In this document: positions 38,508-51,926 of the stretch, piece after piece
Numbering within the stretch: the first letter of the stretch is position 1
How the letters are laid out: every line of letters begins with the position of its first letter
Assembly: GCA_964304625.1 (NCBI GenBank)
Contig: OZ199839.1
Coordinates: 2,296,093-2,360,092 of the forward strand
Reading direction: 5' to 3'
Length of the DNA stretch: 64,000 nucleotides
From: Kudoa neothunni
Taxonomy: Eukaryota; Animalia; Cnidaria
Notes under the pieces: model-generated
The model's database searches: none
Told to the model about the DNA's origin: nothing
What the model saw: the letters and a program-made list of their open reading frames with translations, nothing else
Program-made: the position numbers and the translations under genes

Positions 38508-40061
38508 TTGTTGATATTTAATATGTATTTCACTTATGTTAGAATAATGAGTTCCATTAAAAAAAGTAATCGCAATGACGCCAAATTCAAATTAAAAGTT
38601 GCAAAATATGCTATCGAATGTGACAACAATCGACTTTCGGTTAATAAAAATGGAGTTAACAAAATGCAAGTACGCGTTTGGAGAAAATCTTTTCTGCAGT
38701 TAGAAGAAGTGCCAGTTTCAAAAAAAACCAATAAGGGAAAGAAGTCAAAATTTATTTGCGAAGAGGAAGAGTTAAACAGGTGGATAAATGAAATGAGACA
38801 AAGCGGATACGTAGTGACGCGTGGAGCGACTCGATTAAAATCCAAAGGTATTATAAAGGACTCAAACATTAAACCATCGACTGGATGGTGTACGCGTTTT
38901 ATGAACAGGCATGGTTTATCTCTCAGACAATGGATCAAAATTTGCCAAAAACATCCGTCCGATTTGGAAGACAAGATTATCAAATTTCATAAATATGTTA
39001 TAGATACAAGGAAAAAGATAAATTACGATCTTAGTCGAATTGGAAACATGGATGAAACACCTATGTATTTTGATGCTCTTGGTAACCCTGACAGTTGATA
39101 AAAATGGAATCAAAACCGTGACGATTAGAACAACTGGTCACGAAAAAAACACACTTTACTTTCTTTTAACCTGTATGGCGGATGGAACTAAATTGCCTCC
39201 AATGATAATTTTTAAACGGAAAACGTTTTCGAAAGAAAAGTTCTCTCTTGGAGTTGTTATTCATGTTCACGAGAAAGGATGGATGTGGGAAGCACTTCAT
39301 ACTTGGATTGAGAAAGTATGGTCTCGTCGCCTAGGTGGTAATTTAGATAAAAAACCATGTCTGTTAGTTTGGGATAAGTTCCGAGCACATCTCGTTTATG
39401 ATGTCAAACAATGTGTAAAAAACTACTATAAAACAGATACTGCCGTTATTTCTTCGGACTTAACCTCAATATTACAATCTTTAGATGTTTCTTTAAATTT
39501 TCCATTCAAATTTAAAGTACGCGATCAATGGATCAAATGGATATCAGACAGATAGGCGGTAAAGACAGCATCCGGAAATTTTAAGAGACTTGCATTAATA
39601 TTGGTAGCCGAATGGGTAAAAGATTCTTGACTCTCCATAGACACGAATACAATTAAGGAATCGTTCAAAAAATATGGCATTTCTAATGCGATGGATGGAA
39701 CTGAAGACGATGAAGTACACAGTAATACGGAAGTAGAGATGGACGAAATTTACGACGATATTTGACATCAGAACAAAGTGCACGCCTTTTTGATGAGGAT
39801 GAGTTTTCGTCAGCTAAGGATGATGACGATGACGACAATGAATATCAATAATTTTTTTAAAATAATCATTAATTGTTTATATAATATTTTCTTTTTTACC
39901 TTAAAATAATCAGATTTTATTTAAAATATACATTGTAAATCGTTAAATGTTTAAGCATTAATAAATTTTTGGTTTATGACTACAACTTATATTCGGGTCA
40001 ACCATAATCACTATAAGTTAATCCAAATTTGACCCTGCGACTTATACTCGAGTATATATGG
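38508..40061 (+). mobile_element. pogo (POGK-like) transposon with a disrupted transposase
   Basis: Brinker-like DNA-binding domain (AKFKLKVAKYA), CENP-B HTH (PSTGWCTRFMNRHGLSLR), and DDE motifs NMDETP, LVWDKF, LQSLDV. Frameshift near 39080 and stop at 39553; right end cgacttatactcgagtatatatgg|TA. Confidence 0.92.
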
Positions 40062-42099
40062 TAATCCGAATATACATATAAATATTTTAACCCTATCGTC
40101 CCATTTACCACTTTAGTTTAGCTGACAAATTAAAAGGGAATCAAAATCACTGTTAAATTATTTATTCTAAAAAAATAAAACTCAAATTGTATGCAATTTT
40201 AATATTTTTAATTTCCCCAATTTTAATTAAATATTTATTATGTAAATTAATTATGTAATAATTTCGTTTTAAAATATGCATTAAATTATTGATATTATTT
40301 ATTCTTTACATTAAAACAAACAATTAACAACTATGAAATCCTTCCCTGTAACGTTTTAGAAATTATTAAAATTCTAACTAAGTAAAGACATTAGACATTG
40401 ACGCGCCATATTTTAACATAAACATTATAATGAAATTTATTTAATTATAATATATACATATTTAAAAGTAAAAAATGCTCCTGTAATCTAAATATTTTTT
40501 ATATATGAAATAACTTTGTTAATTTTCGGATTTATTGAAACGAAGAGTTAACATAGGAGTAATTATTAAAAAATAAAAGGCGAGATTAATGTAAAAACCG
40601 TAATTGTTGTATAGATCATTGAAAGTAAAAGAATATTTAATGAGATTTTTGTAGTTGCTTAATATCAGTAGGTTCACAGGGTTCTGATAAAGTAGTTGTA
40701 TGAACAACACACGTATAAGTCAACTTGTGACCTTGTTTCTATGGTAGCCAGCATAGAAATCGAGTTTCGCAAAAGACTGCTGTAAAAGGAGCAATTCTAA
40801 ATGCATAGGCTGTTACATTAAGAAATATTTTTTGAAAATTTTATATTTTTATAAAATAACCAACTGAATGACTTTTGTTTTTATATTTTTTTTACAAAAT
40901 AAATTAACACTAGGAAATTTTGTAATAAATATAAAATATTTATAAGAAACAATAACTCAAAGGTATATTTGAAATTTCTAATAATTATGCTAATGATAAA
41001 AATATTTAATTATAATGAACGGCGATAAAAATGGATTCTGATTTTAATGAAATCACTCAAGGACCCCCTTGGTTTCCTCCTCGGACTCCTTGGAGGTTCC
41101 TGCAGCACAGGTTAAGAACTACTGCAGTAGACAATCAATCCTCGGAAGCTATCAATGCAAGTTTATCCTTTGGAGTAGATGAAAAATTTTCATCCTCAAA
41201 ACAAAATTCATTATTGACTGACAAAGTATGAGGAAAATTCATCGTGTAAATTTTGAATAAATGAACAATCATTAAAGTTATAATCTTCATACGCATGCGC
41301 GCAAATTTATATTGTCATATTTATTGGAGTATGATTGTATTTATAGGTGTATTTCAGCGGGTTTTTAATTTTAATGTTTATTTCAAGTTTTTAACAGCCG
41401 CCAATTAATTTATCTTACTTTAAACAACACAGTAAAACTGCGCAGAAAAACAAAATGATGGATAAAAATGCTTATTTCAAAAAAAAAAATTATCGTACAT
41501 GTTTTTAAACTCTTTTTAACACACAAAAATTGTCAAAATGTTGAATGATTATGTCTTTTAAAGCTCTCTACAATGTAGAAATAAGAAAACCGATGAAAAG
41601 TCATTGTATTTTGAATAGATGGTATAGAAATAATGAGGAACTATAGTTGAATTCTGGAGATAACGACATGCTTATATCAGTATTGCGCATGCGTGTCAGC
41701 ATAGCGTGTAAATGTTTCGTTATTTATTCGATAGAATTTCAGTAAATTTTTAAAAATCACATGTCTCAATATTTTAAATAATTTTATTAAAAAAGTTTTT
41801 TTACATTAACTTTTTTGAAACAAAAAAAAATTTCAATTCAATTTTTGCAAGTTTTCAAAATGATTACGAAAAGATTACAATAAGAGGAGTGGAGTTATGT
41901 TTCATTTATACTCTATAATACTGTTAGCCAAATTCACTTGGGGTAGAAATCTACTCCACTTTATTTTGAAGGTTAATCGATAAATTGTTTTTGAATGTTC
42001 TTTTATTTCATTATACATTCTTTATGCGCCTATCCTATTAGTACCGCCGAAAATATATCGACATGTAATTTCGTATTATCAAAAAAAGGATTGGTTGAC

Positions 42100-42260
42100 T
42101 TAGTTATTCTGCCTTTAATATTTAAGAGGCATCTTGCACAATCTTTATGCAAGTTAAAATATGACATTTCCTCGTGAATCTTTACAGCACTTTCTAATTC
42201 ATCCCGAGAATTAAACTTTATACCTACGTTAAATAAATTTTGATAAATTCACGAATGAAC
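42100..42260 (-). pseudogene. MULE-like transposase N-terminal fragment
   Basis: FNVGIKFNSRDELESAVKIHEE resembles the MULE G-x-x-F-x-S-x-x-E start. Confidence 0.35.
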
Positions 42261-42623
42261 GAACACTCTGGTAGTTAATCTGTTTCTAAAGTTATAAAAC
42301 CTGTTCACCTTCAGTCACGTGCGTTATTTTAGGGTCATGTATATAACATATGTGTATATGTTTAAAAATTTACAAGTCAATTGATCCTTATGAGTTGAGT
42401 TATGTTAACATATAAATTTTCGGTAAATTCTATAGATTAGTTTTGGAGATATTAATTGCCTGATAAATAGCCACTGTCAATAATTAAATATAACAGATTC
42501 TAAAAAATTAAATCTATAACCAGCTTGTAAGTTGGAGTTGTTGAGATTAAAAATTCTCATTGCGCAAGCGGATATGCCGTTTAGGATTAAATATTATCAT
42601 ACCAATAGCCTCTACCTTAAATA

Positions 42624-43312
42624 CAGTAGGTAACCGATGGTACACACTCTCATCAATAAAACGTATCCAAAGTTTTGTATTACGTGATACGTTTTATAAT
42701 ATCTGTATGATTGTAAAATGGTACAAATATTTTTGAATTAAACTGGGAAATTACCGATCTGTCATATCAGGTAACTAACTGATCGTAAGCACTCTTTTCT
42801 GCCAAACCACGTAGATTTTATTATTGTTTATTGGAAACGAGAGTCAACTTTAAATTTAGCGGTTGACTTTTTGTAGGAATGTTAGAAATAATGATAAATT
42901 ATTCAAAAATGTATCCAAGTTAAATAGTATGGTGAACTTTATTAAATTGTTTACGTCAACATAATAAATAAATAAATAAATAAATAAAAAATAATATTAT
43001 ATTATATAATATTACACTTATAATTACACAGAACGAATTATTAACTAAATTTTATTCCAATATAAAAGGATAAATCTTTTTATGAAAAAATATATTTATA
43101 ATCAAATTTACAATTTGCTTAGCCAAATAATCTTAAAATGTATTTATAGTTAGTGAAATCTGAAAATTAGGTGTATTTCTCAAGTTGAAAAATAACGAAA
43201 ACACCCCCCAAAATAACCGCGCGCGCAATTAAACAGTGTATTATAGGTTGCAACATTTAATACGTAATTTTGGATGGTCCCGAGGGGATTAAGGACTATC
43301 GGTTACCTACTG
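42624..43312. mobile_element. Tc1/pogo-superfamily MITE
   Basis: TA|CAGTAGGTAACCGATGGT ... ACTATCGGTTACCTACTG|TA (17/18 TIR). Confidence 0.88.
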
Positions 43313-44651
43313 TATAAATTTTTTCGTTAATTCTCGTGGATTTAAAATGCACACGTAGCTTTTATTCTACATTTTAAACATATTCCTCTTTCTATTCCTA
43401 TTTAAATGGAAGCTATTTGGAGGAGGGACGTCATTGCGTTGCTATATCCACAGTTGAATAATTGTAAACTCATGAGTGCTTATAGGTTTGCCTCTCACTC
43501 CATGAGATTAAAAGTTTATAAACTGTAAAATTACGGATGTGTTGGATTAACAAGAGCATTAGCTAGGATGGTAATCCAAATATTTAAAAATATTCTAATT
43601 AATCTGTTTTCTGTCAATTTGACTGTTAGTATTACGGATTGATAACGTGTTAAGAACATTTATGGAGCAGTTATCTCCAGAGTTAAATTATAAAATATGT
43701 TGACAAAAATGGGATAAAAAAATTAATCAATATATCATTAATTGATAACATTCTTTTGTTTTAATTCCCAAATATAATCCTAGTAAGATAGATGATGGCA
43801 TATGAAGTTGGTAATTAATGGACGATTAAGAAAACAGCCGATAATCAATCATTTCATTTAATAATTTAATATAAAATTAAAAATTTAAACCTAATCCAAT
43901 CCCCTATTATGTGTACATAATCACCCGAATCTACCTATCATATAGTTCTTAAATAAATTTTTCTAATTATAATCATATTCTTTAGATTAGAAAACACAAA
44001 TAACTCAAAAAAGATTATCACCTACTTAAATCATATTGCGCCCAAAAAAATCATATTAAAAGGGGATTAAACGTTATTAAATTTAGAAATGGTTGGCTTG
44101 GACTTGAATTAAAAATAATGGATTAATATAATTTCCTCTGATATTTCGTAAAATATAATTACTTCTTAATCTCTCGTTAGACACGACTCAAATTTTATTT
44201 ATTAATCCCATATTAGACTTAAACAATCAACATTATTAGATTTTTTTATAACAAGAAAAATTCCATCTACGTGGGCGCGGAGACGAAACTTTTAAACTAA
44301 AGAAAAAGCATTAACAGGAAAAATATTTGACAAACCAATAAACAATTAACAAAATCCACAAAATTCACTAACACAACCTAAGCTAAGAAGCCCCACTATC
44401 ATTTGTAATCGACAAGTTAAAATTTACGCTTATATAATAGCAAACACTAGGCATTTATGTGAATTGAAATTTTAATATATGGCAACAAATTAGCAAATCA
44501 ATTCATCAGCATAACGCAGTCATAAAACAATGTTAACAAATAATGCGATTAGCAAAAAAGAACTTCGATGGATATTTCAATAAAGTGAACAACGAAATAA
44601 ACGGTTAAAATAACGAAAACCACCAAAATGAACACGTTTCGAGACACTCAT

Positions 44652-47600
44652 TTAGAGTTTTCTCTTGGTCGGACGACCGGCAACTTTACCAACCTTTTTA
44701 ATGATAGGCTTTTTGGAAGGACTTGATTTTTTCGGCGAATCTTTTTTAGTCGCTCTAGAACTAGAGGCAGGACGACCTCTTTTACCAGTTGACGATTTTT
44801 CCCTGGAGGGAACCTTGGAGGTTTTCTTGGTAGTCTTGCCACTGGTGGCGGCGGTGTTTTTTGATTTTTTAGCAACAGCTTGAGTGTTTTTAGTTGGCTT
44901 TGATTTTCTGGGTTTCCTTCCAACGGGTTTTTTAGCTGGTACAGGTTTGTTGGGGGTGACTTTAGGAGATGCCTTGATGCGACTACTTCTCCTTTTATCA
45001 CCACTGCTAGTGGCAGCATCGGTGGATGGAGCAGATGGAGTTTCAACAACGGCAGCAGTAGCCACAGCATGTGTATCTTGAGTAGGCTCAATTTCCACCC
45101 CAGAAGATTTGTGTTTTTTGGTTTGTTTGGAGGCGGAATCAGTTTCGCTACTACGCGAGTTAGTGGTAGTATCACCGCTGGTGTGTTGCACTTTACGCTT
45201 ACGTGAGGTTTTTTCGCTAACAATGCTGGATACACCCAGCTCGATAGATTGTATGTCTGTGACATCTATCTGGGTATCAATGGGTTGCTGGTTATCATCA
45301 ACTTCAACGTTTGCAATGAGGTTATCAGACATGGTAGACGGATTTTGAAAAAATAACGATGTTCTTCGGGACGATAGTCTTCGTGGCGAAGTATAATGAT
45401 AGCCGGGTTTAGATCTATTATTAGTGGTTGGATTTGTATTAGGATTAGTGTTTGGCGCCCGAACCAAGGCATTATCATGGTGAATAATTTCAGTTTGATT
45501 TGAGTTAGATTTGAGGGTGGATTTTTCCGATTTTAACTTGGCTCTCTCGTCCGACCAAATTTTTCTATCCATACTATTAGATTTTTTGCGTAGTAGATTT
45601 GGGGTTTTGAGGGGTTTGTCAATTGAGCTTTTAAGGTCGTTGCTTGCTGAATATAAATTTTCTTTATTGACAGCTGTAAGTCGTTTGAGGTACGAGTGGC
45701 GTCCAGTTGTAACACGGTTGTTGGGGGTTGAGGTGTATGTTTTTTTGTTGACACTAGGTGACATCACATTGCTACGATAGAGTGGGGGTTTTGTTGGGCA
45801 GTTATTACTAGTGACAGCAGGGGATGGCGATTGAGAAATAACAATGGGTTCATTGTCGAAATAGTTGGCTATATTACGCAATGAGGCTATCGACAAAGCG
45901 TCACCATGCTCACAGTCACCAATAACTTTCGAGCACAATTTACCAAAGTTTAAAAATTTTCCAACCACCTCATCAGGTATAACATTCATCAGCTTGACAC
46001 TGTTGATCATACTGTCTTCAATGGCGAGTATGGAATCCTCGCCGGCATTAGCTATATCATTGTAACAGTCGTAGAAATTGGCCGATAAACCAACTATAAA
46101 TTTGAGCGCAACCTCAAAGGACAACAAACTGTTTTTTATCACATCAAACAATAATTTATGACGATTGTTGCTTAAATCCGCATTATCACATCCGTTCCCT
46201 GTAAAGGAGAATAGAGAGGAATTTTTTGATCTGCTTCCGCGAGTAAATGACGCAACAGGGGATAGTGGTTTTGTTTCATTTAACGACAAATCATTGAGCA
46301 ATAATTTGGACGCCAACTCTTCGCGAATACTAGGCATATTAGATTGGTTGGCCTCGTTTTGAATAGTAGTGAAAAAATCATGCACATTCTCGATAGTGGA
46401 TACCATTGAGGAGTGTGTAGCACCACCATCGATCGAGAATTGTGAAACCACAGGAGTCACAAGCTTTTTTTTTGTAATTTCAGAAGGATCGTCAACTTCA
46501 GAGTTAACAACTGAGATAGACGCTAACCTAGATTTAGATTTAGATTTGGAGGAATTAAGGTTATGAATCGCAGGATGGGATTGTTTCAAGGGTGAACCCA
46601 CACACTCAGGGCCAGAGCCAAAGCCAAAGCTAGGGAGGGAATTAACATTTTGAGCGGAATTCAAAAACCGCTTCGCATCATTCAACATCGGCGACGTACA
46701 TTTGGTCGGTTCAAAGCGACATTTGTAAACATTACCAATGTTTGAATCGATAACATTTCGATCGCCTTTGGACATTCTCAATATGTGACGTTGATATGCA
46801 ATAAATGGACGATGATTTGAAGTGTCAGTAATGACTTTTTCGTTAAATTCAATATCATCACTTAGATTGTGACCATTTTCAACCAGCTTAATCTTACAAG
46901 GACTGTGTGTCTGTGGTGTTTTAAAAGGGGAACACTTCGAAGTTGATCCCCTAACCGTTTTAAGCGGAGAACACGACGAAAACAACCCTGAGTTTTTCGG
47001 ACGCGGGGAACTCAACAATGCAGAGAAATGTCTTCTTGATACAACTGGAAGTCTACTTTTTTTGGATAATTCCGTGTTGCTGTCTCCGATTTTTTTGTCG
47101 ACGACGACGGAGGCTGGAGTGCCACTTCCGTTGCCACCAACCATTGATGATAGAGACTTGGATTGATGTGGGTCAGGTTTAGTTGAAGCATTCTCATTGG
47201 GATGATCAATTGGTGTTTGAAGACGAGATGAAAATGGTGTGGACACCTTTGGAAAATTGAAATCCTGTGAATGAAACGTGCAGAGCGAATGCTTGTTTCT
47301 ATCAAATGTTTGAGTGTTATTAGACTCGTTCCTACTGTTCGAGACAGGTGGTGTCGAGGTGGAGGAACTGGAACTCTTTTTGGTGGTGTACACCAATGAT
47401 GATTTGACTTCATCCTGTAGATCACTCACATTCGACGAAGAATGACAAAACTGACGTGTTCTTTTTGGAATTGGCGTAGTCTTGTGGACGTAAACAGGCT
47501 GGTTTCTAGATTGATTGCTTTTCATTGAATCCGCTGGTTGCAAGCTAGAATTTGCTACTATTCCTCAAAAGAAGTCAATATTAATTATAACAATTCAAAA

Positions 47601-47730
47601 ATACTATAATCGGAGCGAGAATCACAATAAATAACAACCAAAACTCAACAGATACCACCTTACGAGGATTGACGCCGACTCTAGATGAGTTTAACGCCTT
47701 GTCGCTGGCGGGATTTTTTGAAAGCGCTCA
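44652..47730 (-). CDS. Uncharacterised ~1000-aa Ser/Thr/Lys-rich protein with a basic AT-hook/H1-like tail
   Basis: 963-codon open frame. A probable upstream phase-1 exon SKNPASDKALNSSRVGVNP lies at ~47664-47730; the true start is not resolved. Confidence 0.8.
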
Positions 47731-50657
47731 ACTTCTCCCATTGATCCAATATTTCGCCAAAAATAAATTATTCTACACATAAAACGTCTAATCAACAAGT
47801 GTATTACATTCAACTATTGTGAAACCTCTATATAATTTATCCGCCATCTGATTTTGATCACATGATTGGTCATTTTGATCAAATTGTAATATATTTTAGT
47901 TAAATTATGCGTATTCTCTATATATTCTAAACACATTAAAAAAGATTTTTTGTGAAAAAGTTGAAATTGTTCATTTAAATAACGCCAACAATGCACACAC
48001 TCTGGACAATGACAATTAACCGAGGTTTGTGTTCATGATCAAAGTACAGGAAGTTTTGTCAAATTCATTACGCTATATAGCTAATGGTGGTGCAGCAATG
48101 AACATTTTTTCACTGAGAACTAAATTCTTTGGGCTGCCTCTTTGTCGACTTTGTTCGTATAATCCTCGTATAATTATCTAATTATTATGACAACTTCTCA
48201 TCTTCATTTTATTTGCCGAAGAATTTGTTTTTGGTATTAATTAAGGTGTTTGTTTAAAATATCGAATTGACGAAATGTTATAACGATGATTTCATGCGGC
48301 TCATGCAACTCAGTTGAGTGAGCGCGCTGCTAATCGAGTTTTCCATGTTTCAATTTGCAGTAACAAATAGATGGTCGTACGCAATGTCTCAGTATAACAT
48401 AAAATAATCAATCTAGAGAAAATTTAACATATGCTCTATGAACTCTATAACATAAAATGTTAATCTAATTTGAATTTTGAAAAACTCAATTATTCATAGT
48501 CTATGTATTGTGTGTTGGGCGCAATTTTGACTCGCATATGGTGAATTTTTTAACAAGTAATATTATGAATCATGCGTCAACGGCCGGTAATAAATACTTT
48601 TAATTCTATTGTGAAAGCTGAATTTATAAAATATGATCAAAAATTAGCGAATAATAAACCAAGCGATAAGTTTGAAACAATGAATATTTTTAATATAAAA
48701 TCGGGATCACTATTAAATCTATTATAATAATATTAACTAATTTTTTAACGTCATAACGATAGTTTTGTTCCAAATTAAGAAAGACTCTAGAAAAGGTGAA
48801 AATATGAATATTGAACTAGAAGTGAGGAAATTAAGTGATATGATTATCAATAAGTTATTATCAGTATAACTAGTAAATTCCTTGATAATGCATCGTAAAC
48901 AATATTGATCTTTACAGGATGGGTTTTTGGCTTTATAAAAAGATTCCACAATTAGTGTAATACATGTTTTGTGATTCTTTGAATATAAAAAATATTCCAA
49001 TCAAAATTTCCTCAAACATTAAACTAAATAAGTATGTTAGTTGGTCGAGATATAACCTGGATTTTTAATGTTTTTCGCATGCGTAAAGTTAAGTGTAATG
49101 ATTTTTATTTCCCTTTTAATTACACACTCCTATAAGTCACTGTAATTACTAGGTTGTTGGGAAAAATAAATAATTCATAAATCTGAAAAATTCCTGATCT
49201 CGTCATGTATCATCCTTTTAAAATTTGGAAGTATTATGTGCTGAAATATATTATCAAAGTTTCTATTAGTAATGCCCATCTTGTATAGCTATAATATTAT
49301 TATAGATCATATTTTTATCGATATTTGTTGGATTGAATATATTGAAGCTTAGCGTTCGTTAAAACAAGAATACCCAACAGATTCATTAGTTAACCTCATA
49401 AATTTGTATTGTAAAAGTCGTTAAAATCGGGAATTCAAATGTTGATTCCATCCAAATTTTTTATTTCCATCAAAAGCCCATCTATCATCTATCGTGGGGA
49501 CTCTTACAATTTAACGCTCAATGAAGACACACTTATTGCGATTATTATGAATACTGCGTAATGACTTACAATAGATACCATAATTCCATTGATAATATTT
49601 ACTGTTAGTTAATGGTATTATAATAATAAGTAATTAATGTAGGATCCATGACACCATCGTTGGTTTTAACGTTAAGTGTCATAACACCGCGTCTTTTTTC
49701 CAGGATATATATGACTCTTTAATAATGATATTGATACTATTTCTATTTTATAATTATAAAAAGTTACAATCTTAGATTAATACGAAAACAATTAATTTGT
49801 TGACGTAGTCTATCCAAGATAACATGTTTCAATTACTTGAAATAAATTTTTATAGAAAATAGCGCGGAGTCCCAGCTCCGATAAATAGTGGATAATGGGA
49901 TTTTTAGAGCTTTAGTTTTTGTATATTTTTAGAAAACAAACATTTATATAATAAAGGAAAGACAAATATAATGACCTACGGATATCGAGTAATAACAAGA
50001 TAAACTCAAAATTATTGGTACTACTACTTGTACATTTTACATTATACATGAATTGAAAACAATAATTTTAATGACTAATTTTCTTTGTTGATATGTCGAG
50101 TAAAACTCACGATTTTAACGATTAAAATTTTATTTGGAATAATTTATATTAAGTGTGGAATCCCGATCGGAGGTAATTAGATGCTGAATCTACAACTAAT
50201 GTATACACAACAGTTTGGTCATGAATACAACAATATCGTCGGTATATCTAAGAAGCAACAAGAGAGTAATTTCACGAATTATTTTACGCGTAGTTATGCT
50301 CGTCCACTAATATAATACCCAAAGAAAGGAGTTGATTAGATTTAAAAAAATATGAAAATTTTTAACCTAAAATATTTTCAAAATGAAAACAGTTATTTAA
50401 AAATAAAATAAGATGTTTTAGAAATGGAAAACTGCAACCGCTTTCAAATAGACATTCTACTTAAAATAAAACAAGAAGTTATACTGTACCCCTGTTGAAA
50501 GAACTAATCTAATAGCAAAAAAAGTACACATAACGAAAAATCGAAGAAATAATAAGAGGGTTATAAAAGTAACATCTTATAATATACATACACAGAGGCC
50601 GCCGCTACTTATTCATAATCACGCAACACAAAACCCATTTTTGAGTTAGAAGGGGAC

Positions 50658-51926
50658 TTAGCTGTTGATTTTTTCGAGTGTCAAAAACGATGTAGGAGGA
50701 AAATAGCTGGCATATGATGTGGAATTGATATCAGAGAAACCGGTGATGGAGAACGGATACAAGAAACCACAGTAAGGGTAAATTGAGCTGTTCCTCATTA
50801 CTTTCTAAAGTGGCATCAATTAACAATGATCCAATAATTTGAGTCGTATGACCAATGACTAATGTCAAATGGTGACTGAAGTTACCTGTCTGAACTTGAA
50901 ATAAACATCTCCAGTGAGCATAGAATCGCTCCCAGCCTGATGTTGAGTACCACTTCTCGCGATTTCCAGCGAGGATGCAGTTGCGCCAAGACTGCCTTTC
51001 TTATCGTCCACAGCATGGATAATGTACCTTATGTCATAAGCATAGGGGAAGTACATTCGAAGGTAGGCCATAAAATTGTTGTATTTGTAAGGTATATTGT
51101 GACCAAGGCACATTTTTAACAGATAGGCAAGATCGATACCACTACTCGAAATTACAAGATTCACCTCATTATCACTTGGAATACCCGTGAAATGTAACCC
51201 ATGTGTATTTGATGTTCATAATGAGGCCGGATTTGATAAATATTTCCGCGAACCTACAGTGATCGATTCCATCATTGACGTGTCGATCAAATTTGATATT
51301 GCTTTTGGTGAGAAGATCAATTGAGTCTTTGTTATGAAGATGCTTCCTAAATTAGAAATGTTCCAAATATACCACCGCCCATTGTAGTAACGATAACTAC
51401 TTGTTATCATATTTGAAATTGAATTGCCAAGTTGAACCGCCGGGTGCATTGCATCCATTTTCATCATAAAAGCAAAATCCCAGCTGGATAATTTCAGACG
51501 AATTCACCGATAGGGCCGAAGAATAATATGTGTTCAAATTCTCATGCAGAAATGCACTATCTGCCCTTTGCGGTTTTACCACAGTGCCTGGAAATTCGGT
51601 ATCCTAAAACACACATCAATTATTCATATCAATAAATAGTTTACGAATAGAATTATTCCATAAAATAACTAATAATTACTAACGATATCACTGTGTACTT
51701 CTGAGAAATAGCTTTCAACCTTTCAAACTCTTCCTCAAGGTTGTCCTCCCACACATCGGTTATTATACGTTGGTTTGGAGGGGGAGGATGAAAATAAGTT
51801 GTCATATAGTTGTCCAGTTGTGCCATTTCATTCTCATATATCTAACCAAATTGGAAATAATTCGCCACAATACGTAATCACTATTTGGTTGTAATCCCAA
51901 GGGTTGTTAGGCTGACCTTGATACAT
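50658..51926 (-). CDS. CNOT7: CAF1/POP2 deadenylase (CCR4-NOT subunit 7/8 family)
   Basis: DVWEDNLEEEF, SL|DTEFPG, IIQLGFCF..TWQFNF, SGIDLAYLLK, YFPYAYDIRY and HQAGSDSMLT; the DEDDh residues are intact. GT-AG mini-introns. Confidence 0.92.

Noticed and set aside
44648-47425. Chain of antisense and alternative-frame ORFs over the 963-aa gene
   Set aside because: Expected shadow of a long, higher-GC coding exon; the ORFs are broken by stops and show no motifs.
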